Shown here: piece after piece, positions 9,237 through 16,340 of the stretch
How the letters are laid out: the number at the start of each line of letters is the position of its first letter
Numbering within the stretch: the stretch's first letter is position 1
Assembly (NCBI GenBank): GCA_019420325.1
Contig: JAHZHK010000002.1
Span: forward strand, 10,102-34,101
DNA: 24,000 nucleotides
Direction of reading: 5' to 3'
From: Coriobacteriaceae bacterium
GTDB lineage: Bacteria; Actinomycetota; Coriobacteriia; Coriobacteriales; UMGS124
Notes under the pieces: generated by a model
What the model saw: the letters and a program-made list of their open reading frames with translations, nothing else
Told to the model about the DNA's origin: nothing
Database searches by the model: none
Made by a program: the position numbers and the translations under genes

Positions 9237-9266
9237 GCTCAGGGACGTAAGTTCCTGAGCTTTTTT
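9237..9266 (+). terminator. rho-independent terminator after the tRNA
   Basis: 10-bp stem GCTCAGGGAC / GTTCCTGAGC (one G-U pair), GTAA loop, then TTTTTT. Confidence 0.75.
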
Positions 9267-9308
9267 CGTTTATGGAGCAGTTCGCTGGTAACTATCAACT
9301 CAGCAATC

Positions 9309-9337
9309 AAAAAAGAGGGCCCCTTGCGGGGCCCTCT
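9309..9337 (-). terminator. rho-independent terminator of the EF-G paralogue
   Basis: On the minus strand: AGAGGGCCCC-GCAA-GGGGCCCTCT (perfect 10 bp, GNRA loop) followed by a T-run, about 40 nt after the stop codon. Confidence 0.8.
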
Positions 9338-9378
9338 TGCGTGCGGGTCGAGATGGGGTCGAGCCCTCGCCTGTCCGA

Positions 9379-11445
9379 CTACCTGCCCTCGGAGCGGCTC
9401 TTCTGGTAGGCCTCGACGAGCTTGGCGGCGGTGTCATAGGGCACCTGCTCGTAGCCCTCGAGCTCGTAGGAGAACTCGCCGGTGCCGCGGGACAGAGACC
9501 TCAAGCGCGTGGAGTAGTCGGTGATCTCGGCGAAGGGCACGGTGGCGATGACCACGGTGTTGCCACGGCCGTCGGAGTCCATGCCGGTGACGCGGCCGCG
9601 CGAGGCGGAGATGTCGCCGGTGACGGCGCCGGCGTAGGCGTCGGGCACGGTGATGGTCATGTTGGCCATGGGCTCGAGGATGACGGGGTCGGCGTGCTCG
9701 GCGGCGGCGCGGAAACCGATGCGGGCGGCCGTCTTGAACGCGATCTCGCTGGAGTCAACGGGGTGGTAGGAGCCGTCGTAGCAGGCAACCTTCACGTCGA
9801 CCATGGGATAACCGGCCAGGACGCCCTCGGTGAGAGTCTCCTGGATGCCCTTGTCCACTGCGGGGATGTACTGGCGAGGAATCTTGCCGCCCACGATCTC
9901 GTCGAGGAACTCGTAGCCGCCGCCGGGGTTGGGCTCGAGGCGCAGCCAGCAGTCGCCGAACTGGCCGGCGCCGCCCGTCTGCTTCTTGTGGCGGCCCTGG
10001 GCGCTGGCAGCCTTGCGAATGGTCTCGCGATAGGGGATGCGCAGGGGCTCGAGGATGGCCTCGACGCCGGTGCGCTCGGCCAGGCGGTTCACCATGACGC
10101 TTACCTGGGCCTCGCCCACGGCGCTCACCACGGTCTGGTGCGTCTCCTCGTTGCGTGTGACGCTGATGGTGGGGTCGGCGTCGCAGGTCTTCTCAAGGAA
10201 GGCGCTGAGCTTGTCTTCCTCGTTGCGGTTCTTGGCGCGGATGGCCACCTGGTAGAGCGAGTTGGAGAAGCGGAAGGCCTGGGCCTCGACCTTGCCGGTG
10301 GTGCTCAGGGTGTCGCCGGTGTTGACCTCGAGCTTGGGCACCACGATGATGTCGCCGGCCAGGGCCTTCTTGACGTCGGCGGTCTCACGGCCGCACATGA
10401 GGTAGAGGTGACTCAGGCGCTCGGAGGACTGGGTGCGCGCGCAGATGAGCTCCATGCCGGGCTCGAGCGTGCCGGCAAGCACCTTGAGGAAGGACAGACG
10501 GCCTGTCTGGGCGTCGTTCAGGGTCTTGAAGACGAAGGCGACGGGGCGCTCGTCGGCGGAGCTGATCTTGAGCATCGTGCCGTCGGTGAGGGGCATCTCG
10601 CCAAAGTCGGTGGGGGTGGGGAAGTAGGTCACGATGTCGTCGAGCAGGGCGTTGACGCCCTTCTCCTGCACGGCTGCGCCCACGTAGACGGGCACGAGCA
10701 TGCGCTGGGCGATGGCGGTGCCCAGAAGGCCCTCGAGCTCCTCCTGGGTAAGGGCCTCGCCCTCGAGGTACTTCATCATGAGTTCCTCGTCGGCCTCAAC
10801 GGCCAGGTCGCACAGGGCCTCGCGTGCGGAGGCGGCGGCGTCGGCGTACTCGGCGGGAATCTCGCCCACGATTTCCTTGCCCTCGGCATCGTAGGTGCGG
10901 GCCTGCATGTGGATGACGTCGATGAGGCCCTTGAAGTCGGGGCCGACACCCATGGGGATGCTGACGAGGCCCAGGTGGTTGCCGAAGCGATCCTGCAGGC
11001 CGGCCATGGTGAGGTCGAGGTCGGCGTTGTCCTTGTCGATGCGGTTGATGAAGACGGCGCGCGCGACGGGCTGCTCGTCGGTGGCGTACCACAGCTTCAC
11101 AGTCGTGGGCTGGGGTCCCTCCACCGCGTCAACCACGAAAAGGGCCGTTTCGGCCACGGAGATGGCGGCGTAGGCGTCGCCGATGAAGTCGGGGTAGCAC
11201 GGGGCGTCGAGAACGTTGATCTTGCAACCCTTGTGCTCCACGGGCGCGATGGAGGTGGAGATGGAGAAGTTGCGCTTGCTCTCTTCGGGGTCGAAGTCGA
11301 GCGTGGGCTTCGAGCCGGCGTGACCTCCCAGGCGGGCGGTCTTGCCGGTGAGATGCAGCATGGCCTCGGCAAGCTTAGTCTTGCCGACGCCTCCCTGTCC
11401 CACAAGGACTACGTTGCGAACCTTATCGGTCTGAGGTGCAGCCAT
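9379..11445 (-). CDS. elongation factor G paralogue (EF-G-like translational GTPase family, divergent G domain)
   Basis: Five-domain EF-G layout along 688 aa, including the domain IV/V blocks GRHKKQTGGAGQFGD and YHPVDSSEIAFKTAA. P-loop GQGGVGKT and NRID (NKxD-like) are present, but switch II reads DAPCY instead of DTPGH. SD AGGAG lies 6 nt upstream. The gene is not in a str-operon context. Confidence 0.9.
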   Translation of the reverse strand: MAAPQTDKVRNVVLVGQGGVGKTKLAEAMLHLTGKTARLGGHAGSKPTLDFDPEESKRNFSISTSIAPVEHKGCKINVLDAPCYPDFIGDAYAAISVAETALFVVDAVEGPQPTTVKLWYATDEQPVARAVFINRIDKDNADLDLTMAGLQDRFGNHLGLVSIPMGVGPDFKGLIDVIHMQARTYDAEGKEIVGEIPAEYADAAASAREALCDLAVEADEELMMKYLEGEALTQEELEGLLGTAIAQRMLVPVYVGAAVQEKGVNALLDDIVTYFPTPTDFGEMPLTDGTMLKISSADERPVAFVFKTLNDAQTGRLSFLKVLAGTLEPGMELICARTQSSERLSHLYLMCGRETADVKKALAGDIIVVPKLEVNTGDTLSTTGKVEAQAFRFSNSLYQVAIRAKNRNEEDKLSAFLEKTCDADPTISVTRNEETHQTVVSAVGEAQVSVMVNRLAERTGVEAILEPLRIPYRETIRKAASAQGRHKKQTGGAGQFGDCWLRLEPNPGGGYEFLDEIVGGKIPRQYIPAVDKGIQETLTEGVLAGYPMVDVKVACYDGSYHPVDSSEIAFKTAARIGFRAAAEHADPVILEPMANMTITVPDAYAGAVTGDISASRGRVTGMDSDGRGNTVVIATVPFAEITDYSTRLRSLSRGTGEFSYELEGYEQVPYDTAAKLVEAYQKSRSEGR

Positions 11446-11561
11446 ACCAGTCTCCTAACCTCGACATTGACGGCCCCCTGACTCAGGCTGCCGTTTGGCG
11501 GCGCGGCGGGGGGCATAGACACGAGCTTGAAACCGAACATGCGTGCATGTCAGATATCTTA

Positions 11562-11590
11562 TTCACAATTCCTGCAAAAAACAATATACT
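11562..11590 (+). promoter_or_regulatory. candidate sigma70-type promoter for the 98-aa ORF
   Basis: TTCACA (11562-11567), a 17-nt spacer, then TATACT (11585-11590), about 78 nt upstream of ATG 11668. Confidence 0.4.
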
Positions 11591-11667
11591 GTCTCTTACG
11601 TCGCCGAAAGGCGGAGCAAAAGGTACCCTGCCGTGGATGGCGGGGTCACGGAGCAAAGGAGCGCATC

Positions 11668-11964
11668 ATGGGTCTCAAAGCTGCTGAACCGCTTCAAATC
11701 GCACCTGAGGAGCTCTCGTCCTACCTGAGCGCCAAGCATGCCGTGTACATGGACTACGCTGGTGCTTCCTACTACCTGACCGACGCCAACGAGAACTATT
11801 GGCGCGTTCAGGACACCGCCGCGCTCAACGACAAAGGGCATTACACCGACGTGACGTCGCCCTTGGCCCGCGTCGAGGAATTCCTCGCCGAGCCTGCCGT
11901 TGACGGCAAGTCCATCGCCGACATGGCACCCGAGGCCACCTTCTACGCATCGGAGAAGAAGTAA
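11668..11964 (+). CDS. hypothetical small protein (98 aa)
   Basis: ATG 11668 is preceded by AAAGGAG (7-nt spacing). Codon usage is GC3-rich. No family was recognised. The track start 11527 adds an implausible basic leader. Confidence 0.55.
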   Translation: MGLKAAEPLQIAPEELSSYLSAKHAVYMDYAGASYYLTDANENYWRVQDTAALNDKGHYTDVTSPLARVEEFLAEPAVDGKSIADMAPEATFYASEKK

Positions 11965-11994
11965 GGGTTTCCGCCTGCAATACGCGTGTAAGAA

Positions 11995-12047
11995 GAAACC
12001 CCGCAGGTTTCAAGCCCTGAAGGAGGGCGAGGAACCTGCGGGGTTTC
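11995..12047. repeat. perfect 15-bp inverted repeat between convergent genes (probable bidirectional terminator hairpin)
   Basis: GAAACCCCGCAGGTT (11995-12009) and AACCTGCGGGGTTTC (12033-12047) with a 23-nt loop. U-tracts are weak on both strands. Confidence 0.6.
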
Positions 12048-12062
12048 GTGTGCTGAGGATGC

Positions 12063-12368
12063 TCATACGAGCCGAGCGTAGTCCTGCGTTTGGTGAAAGA
12101 TGTGGGCGATAACGATTTTGTCGTTGGTGACTTTGTACAAGGCTACGTAACGCTTGATGTGGATGGGTCGATATCCGAGTGCGGCGAGTTCGGGTAGATG
12201 CGACAGCGGATGCATGAGGGGCATCTCACATACCAGGGTTATCTGGTGGTCGAACTCGTTCATGAATTCGTTTGCGGCCGCAGGGCTAAGCAGGGTTGAG
12301 GCCAAATATGAGACTATGGACTCGTATTCGCGCTGCGCCTCGCGGGTGATGACTGCCTTATGGGTCAT
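12063..12368 (-). CDS. type II toxin, RelE/ParE superfamily
   Basis: 101 aa from MTHKAVITREAQREYESIVSYL... to ...YVALYKVTNDKIVIAHIFHQTQDY, the ParE/RelE-typical C-terminus. The start overlaps the antitoxin stop by 11 nt. Confidence 0.8.
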   Translation of the reverse strand: MTHKAVITREAQREYESIVSYLASTLLSPAAANEFMNEFDHQITLVCEMPLMHPLSHLPELAALGYRPIHIKRYVALYKVTNDKIVIAHIFHQTQDYARLV

Positions 12369-12624
12369 AGCGCTGACGGATCGAGGCAGAGAAGGCCGAG
12401 AAGTCCGTGTAATCACCCGAGGCAATTTCGGTTTCGGCAAGCAACATGCGAGAGAGAAGTTTTGCCTTAGCGACTTCCTCGCGCTGCGCCTCGTATTCTT
12501 CGTTGCTCAGGCAATGCATCGCGCTGTATCCATTGCGCGTCACTGTGACATCGCGCTCCCGTTCAACGAGAGCGGCAAACGCCGCGGTATCTTTCATATC
12601 TCGAACCGGTACACAAACAGGCAT
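12358..12624 (-). CDS. type II antitoxin, Phd/YefM-like
   Basis: 88 aa. The N-terminal VPVRDMKDTAAFAALVERERDVTVTRNGYSAMHCLSNEEYEA fits the Phd/YefM fold pattern. Strong SD AAGGAGG lies 6 nt upstream. The gene sits upstream of and overlaps the toxin. Confidence 0.7.
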   Translation of the reverse strand: MPVCVPVRDMKDTAAFAALVERERDVTVTRNGYSAMHCLSNEEYEAQREEVAKAKLLSRMLLAETEIASGDYTDFSAFSASIRQRYDP

Positions 12625-12654
12625 CAGGACCCTCCTTCACCTAACTGTGGCCAA

Positions 12655-12660
12655 ATTGTA
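12655..12660 (-). promoter_or_regulatory. candidate -10 element (TACAAT) for the toxin-antitoxin pair
   Basis: The minus strand reads GGTACAAT in the 42-nt gap between the LuxR stop and the antitoxin start. The -35 is poor (TTGGTG inside the LuxR 3' end). Confidence 0.3.
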
Positions 12661-12666
12661 CCGCGT

Positions 12667-14145
12667 CTATTTCCTCTCCACCAAATCAAGAAGCTCCTGC
12701 TTGGAGTGGACATCGAGCTTAGTGTAGATGTGCTTGACGTGGCCACGCACGGTGTTTTCGGAAATGAGGAACGTCTCGGCGATGCGGGTCTTGCTGTGGC
12801 CGCGCACGAGCAGCTCAAGCACTTCCTCCTCGCGTGCGGTGAGGCTTCCCTTGCGGGCGAGCTGGTGGCAGCGGGTGCGCAGGTTGTCGGCCGAGGAGCT
12901 GGCGGTGGGTGCGGCGGCCTCGCGCTTCTCCAGGTCGCGCTGGGTGGCAAGCGCGCGCATCTCGGGGGAGTCGTCCTCGGCCTGGTTCAGTTCGGAGAAG
13001 ATGAGCCGGTTGCCAAGGGAGCGGTCGTCGAGCAGTACAAGAGCCACGACCACGAGCGCCCAAGTGGCAATCGAGGTGATGAGCGGCTCGATGGGACTCT
13101 CAACCATGAGCAGGCCCGCCGCGCTTCCTGCGGCAAAGGGCAAGGCGTAGGCGAGCCAGCCTGCCGCGTACACGGCCAATGCCGGGTAGGAGCTGTGCCT
13201 GGCCACATCGGCCACAGCCATGAACAGGAAGAACACCACGAGCAGGGCATGGGCGGTGCGCACGAGCGCAAAGAGCACGGCATGGGCGCCGGTGCCTGCG
13301 AGGAACGGCTCGAACACAAGCACGGTGACCATGAGGATGAGAATGAGTCGCCAGGTGCGGCCAAAATCGATGCCGCGGCCTGCGACGCTGACCCACCAGA
13401 TGAAGACAAAGGCGAGCAGTATCTCGGTGCCGTGGTTTACAAGCACGGAAAGCACGTAGGGGTTGGGTGTGGACTCGAGGATGGCCGTGCGGATGATGCC
13501 GATGGTGAAGCTGAATGCCACCACGCTTACCAATGCACGCGACAGGGACCCCACGGTGCGGGCGTTGTAGTACTGCTCGGGCTTGCTTGCGGGTGGCAGG
13601 TTGCGCGCCGCATGGCGCATGCAGGCGAATGTGGCGAAGGGCAGGCACACGAACACGGGGGCCGCCACGGCGCCGGGCAAAAAGTCGATGACCGTTTTGC
13701 AGGCAGAGCCCAGCGCCATCGTGCAGAAGAGCAGGGGAACCGAAAAGGCGAGGTCGAGTTTGGCATACACCTGGATCCAGCGGCCGTAGGCCCAGGCAAC
13801 GCCCACCCCTCCCAAGGTTGCGCCCACTGCGGTGGCCACGGCGGGCGCAGTGGGCAGCTCGACCGATAGTGCCACGCCGCCCAACGCCATGAGGGTCGCC
13901 GACACAAGGTCGCGTGCGAGCATTCTGCGGTCCCCGGGCAGGTCGAAACGCTCACCCGCTTTGCCTGCACGCCAGGCACCGATGCCTATCGCCACGAGCG
14001 TCACGCTCATGGCCGAGTACAGCACGGCCGTGACGGAGATGCCGCCGCTCTCAAGGAAGCGGTGGGTGGAGCAGTAGATCCACATGTGTACAAACGCCAG
14101 GCCCAAAAGGGACGGGCGAAGGTTTTTTAGGAAGTTTGCAAGCAT
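12667..14145 (-). CDS. polytopic-membrane LuxR/GerE-family transcriptional regulator (regulator 1)
   Basis: About 10-12 hydrophobic helices by eye over the first ~400 aa. A C-terminal HTH follows: LTAREEEVLELLVRGHSKTRIAETFLISENTVRGHVKHIYTKLDVHSKQELLDL. SD GGAGG lies 4 nt upstream of the ATG. Confidence 0.85.
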   Translation of the reverse strand: MLANFLKNLRPSLLGLAFVHMWIYCSTHRFLESGGISVTAVLYSAMSVTLVAIGIGAWRAGKAGERFDLPGDRRMLARDLVSATLMALGGVALSVELPTAPAVATAVGATLGGVGVAWAYGRWIQVYAKLDLAFSVPLLFCTMALGSACKTVIDFLPGAVAAPVFVCLPFATFACMRHAARNLPPASKPEQYYNARTVGSLSRALVSVVAFSFTIGIIRTAILESTPNPYVLSVLVNHGTEILLAFVFIWWVSVAGRGIDFGRTWRLILILMVTVLVFEPFLAGTGAHAVLFALVRTAHALLVVFFLFMAVADVARHSSYPALAVYAAGWLAYALPFAAGSAAGLLMVESPIEPLITSIATWALVVVALVLLDDRSLGNRLIFSELNQAEDDSPEMRALATQRDLEKREAAAPTASSSADNLRTRCHQLARKGSLTAREEEVLELLVRGHSKTRIAETFLISENTVRGHVKHIYTKLDVHSKQELLDLVERK

Positions 14146-14232
14146 GGTTCCTCCAGTGAGGCGGCAGTGCGCAAAGCGGTGAGCGAACAGCCCCTTTGGG
14201 GTTGTCTCGGAGTGTCGCGGGGCTTATTCGCG

Positions 14233-14247
14233 CCTGTACATAGTACT
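14233..14247. promoter_or_regulatory. imperfect palindrome CTGTAC-ATA-GTACTG in the divergent intergenic region (candidate operator)
   Basis: 5/6 symmetric half-sites with a 3-nt centre. It lies 88 nt from the regulator start and 226 nt upstream of the flavoprotein start. Confidence 0.25.
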
Positions 14248-14404
14248 GCACGTCTCGCGCCATTGACGCGAAAAACGATGGGTCACTCCACTCCAATCTG
14301 GGGTGTATACAAGCACTTTTACCTGCACAAACAAAGAAAGCCGCAAAGTGGGGGGCGAATGGGTTGCGCTGAGCGCGCTAGTGTTCGAGCTGTTCAACGC
14401 AAGG

Positions 14405-14459
14405 CACACGCCAAGCGAGGACGCATCAGCCACCGCTACAAAGCAAGGCATGACAGAAA
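14405..14459 (+). promoter_or_regulatory. two copies of the GCAAGGCA motif in the flavoprotein-1 leader
   Basis: AACGCAAGGCACACGC (14405-14420) and CAAAGCAAGGCA (14448-14459). The same motif recurs upstream of flavoprotein 2 and of LuxR regulator 2. Confidence 0.35.
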
Positions 14460-14472
14460 AGGGGTAATCGCT

Positions 14473-16212
14473 ATGCAAAGCAACGCAATGTCCCGCCGCT
14501 CGTTCGTTCAGACCGCAGGCGCCGCAGCCGCCGGCCTCGCCGCCGCAGCCGCCGTGCTGCCGGGTGCCAACCCGCAGACGGCCCACGCTGCCGTCGCCGT
14601 TCCCGAGACGTGGGACTATGAGTGCGACGTCGCAGTCGTGGGCACCGGTACGGTTCTGACCGGTGCCGGCAAGGCTGCCGCCGAGGGCAACCGCGTCATC
14701 ATCATTGAGGCCGAAGGATTTATTGGTGGTACCACCTCCATCTCCAACGGTCAGACTTGGATGCCCCTCAACTCTACCGCCATGGCGCAGGGCCTGGACA
14801 ACTACGACGACGCCCTGGCCTACATCACCGCTACCGCCGCTGGCAAGTCTACGCCCGAGATTCTCGAGGCCTTTCTGAAGTACGGCCCCGAGGCCATCGA
14901 CTTCCTGGCCGAAACAGCCGACCTCACTTGGGAGATCAGCCCCCGCGTCGACTATCATATCGACGTCTTCCCCGGCGCCAAGGACCAGACCCGCACCATC
15001 GCCCCTGTTGGCAAGCAGTCAACTGAGGCCGGCCAGATGACGGGCGCCTTCGGCACCACCTCTTCGGGCTCCTATGTCACCGACCCGCTGTGCGACGGCG
15101 TCGTGAACAAGTACGGCGGCGAGCTGTTGCTCAACACCCGCGCCATGCACCTCATCACCCGTGTCAACGACGAGGGTGTGACCGAGGTCTGTGGCGTGCA
15201 GGCCCAGGCCGAGGACGGTTCCATGATCAACATCAAGGCCACCAAGGGCGTCATCCTGGGCGCGGGCGGCTTTGGCTGGAACGACGACATGAAGAAGCGC
15301 TACATGGAGCTGCCGGCCAACCGCACCATGGAAGTCTCCACCTGCGTGGGCGACGGCATCCTCATGGGTCAGGCCGTGGGCGCCGACGTCACGCTCATGC
15401 AGTACGCCTGGGGCCAGGTCGTCTGCGTCAACCCCGAGGACATGCCCTACCACGAGTGGTGCGAGAAGCCCACTGAGATCAACCACTTCGGCCTGGGCAC
15501 CTTCTATGGCCTTATGTGCAAGCCGGGTTCCTGCGTGCTCAACAAGTTCGGCCGCCGCTTCATGGACGAGGCCGTTGACTACGACTCCCTCTACCATGGC
15601 TTCTGGGGCCGCGACCTAGGCGCCAACCAGACCGAGGAGGGAGGCACTTACGGCACGAGCTGGACGAACTGCCCGGCCTTCTACATCTGCGACTCCACTG
15701 TTGCCGATGCCGAGAACTCCGTTATGCGCGACTCCGACGGCAACATCGTGAGCTGGGTCGCCTATCAGGCCGACACCATCGAGGAGCTCCTCGACCAGAT
15801 TCCCTGGCGTGACGACTACGCCCGCCAGAAGGCCTCCAAGACCATCGAGGAGTACAACGAGAACTGCAGGAACGACATCGATCCCGAGTTCCACCGCGGC
15901 GAGACCACGTGGGATCAGGGCGGCACGAGCCGTCCCGAGAAGTCGCTGGCACCCATCGAGGTCGGCCCCTTCTACGGCATCATCTGCGAGCCCTATCCCA
16001 TGTGCACCAAGGGTGGCCTGCGCGTGAACGAGAACGCTGAGGTCCTCTCCGTCACCGGTGAGGTCATCCCCCGTCTGTACGCATCCGGCAACAACTCCGG
16101 CATCGGCGGCCCGGGCCTCTTCTACAACGGCGCCGGCGGAACCCTGGGCCCTGGCTTCACGTTTGGCTACATCGCCGGCATGAACGCCGCCCAGCTGACT
16201 CCCTGGGAGTAG
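14473..16212 (+). CDS. Tat-exported FAD-dependent oxidoreductase, fumarate-reductase/KstD superfamily (KstD-like, Cys-rich)
   Basis: Twin-arginine signal MQSNAMSRRSFVQTAGAAAAGLAAAAAVLPGANPQTAHA/A. FAD fold DVAVVGTGTVLTGAGKAAAEGNRVIIIEAEGFIGG. C-terminal block YASGNNSGIGGPGLFYNGAGGTLGPGFTFGYIAG. Start set at ATG 14473; the track start 14167 adds a non-coding-looking 102-aa leader. Confidence 0.85.
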   Translation: MQSNAMSRRSFVQTAGAAAAGLAAAAAVLPGANPQTAHAAVAVPETWDYECDVAVVGTGTVLTGAGKAAAEGNRVIIIEAEGFIGGTTSISNGQTWMPLNSTAMAQGLDNYDDALAYITATAAGKSTPEILEAFLKYGPEAIDFLAETADLTWEISPRVDYHIDVFPGAKDQTRTIAPVGKQSTEAGQMTGAFGTTSSGSYVTDPLCDGVVNKYGGELLLNTRAMHLITRVNDEGVTEVCGVQAQAEDGSMINIKATKGVILGAGGFGWNDDMKKRYMELPANRTMEVSTCVGDGILMGQAVGADVTLMQYAWGQVVCVNPEDMPYHEWCEKPTEINHFGLGTFYGLMCKPGSCVLNKFGRRFMDEAVDYDSLYHGFWGRDLGANQTEEGGTYGTSWTNCPAFYICDSTVADAENSVMRDSDGNIVSWVAYQADTIEELLDQIPWRDDYARQKASKTIEEYNENCRNDIDPEFHRGETTWDQGGTSRPEKSLAPIEVGPFYGIICEPYPMCTKGGLRVNENAEVLSVTGEVIPRLYASGNNSGIGGPGLFYNGAGGTLGPGFTFGYIAGMNAAQLTPWE

Positions 16213-16236
16213 GACAGGCTGTAAACCCCCTTTTTT

Positions 16237-16270
16237 GGGCGCTTCTCCTTCGGGAGGGGCGCCTTTTCTC
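16237..16270 (+). terminator. rho-independent terminator after flavoprotein 1
   Basis: 11-bp stem GGCGCTTCTCC / GGAGGGGCGCC (two G-U pairs), TTCG loop, then TTTTCTC. Confidence 0.75.
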
Positions 16271-16340
16271 GTTGTTAGATTGTTTCTGGTGTGTTAACCT
16301 GCCTAAATGCTCATCCGACGAGAAAAAGAGGGGGCTCGCT

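Noticed and set aside
14167-14472. N-terminal extensions implied by the ORF-track starts: 14167, 21388, 19443, 2982, 8418, 11527, 12440, 16272, 17944 and 22844.
   Set aside because: The extensions are Arg/Cys/His-rich non-coding-like sequence that overlaps terminators or upstream genes. Internal starts with SD sequences give the family-typical N-termini (Tat signals, Pth GLGNPG, Dtd MRALIQRV and others).
9150-16212. Genomic island integrated at the tRNA-Met gene and carrying the TA and LuxR/reductase module.
   Set aside because: There is no integrase, no direct repeat of the tRNA 3' end, and a housekeeping-type EF-G paralogue sits between the tRNA and the accessory genes.
16213-16340. Glycine riboswitch upstream of the alanine/glycine symporter, or operon linkage of the symporter to flavoprotein 1.
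   Set aside because: Only ~70 nt remain after the strong terminator at 16237-16270, too short for a glycine aptamer. The terminator argues for independent transcription.
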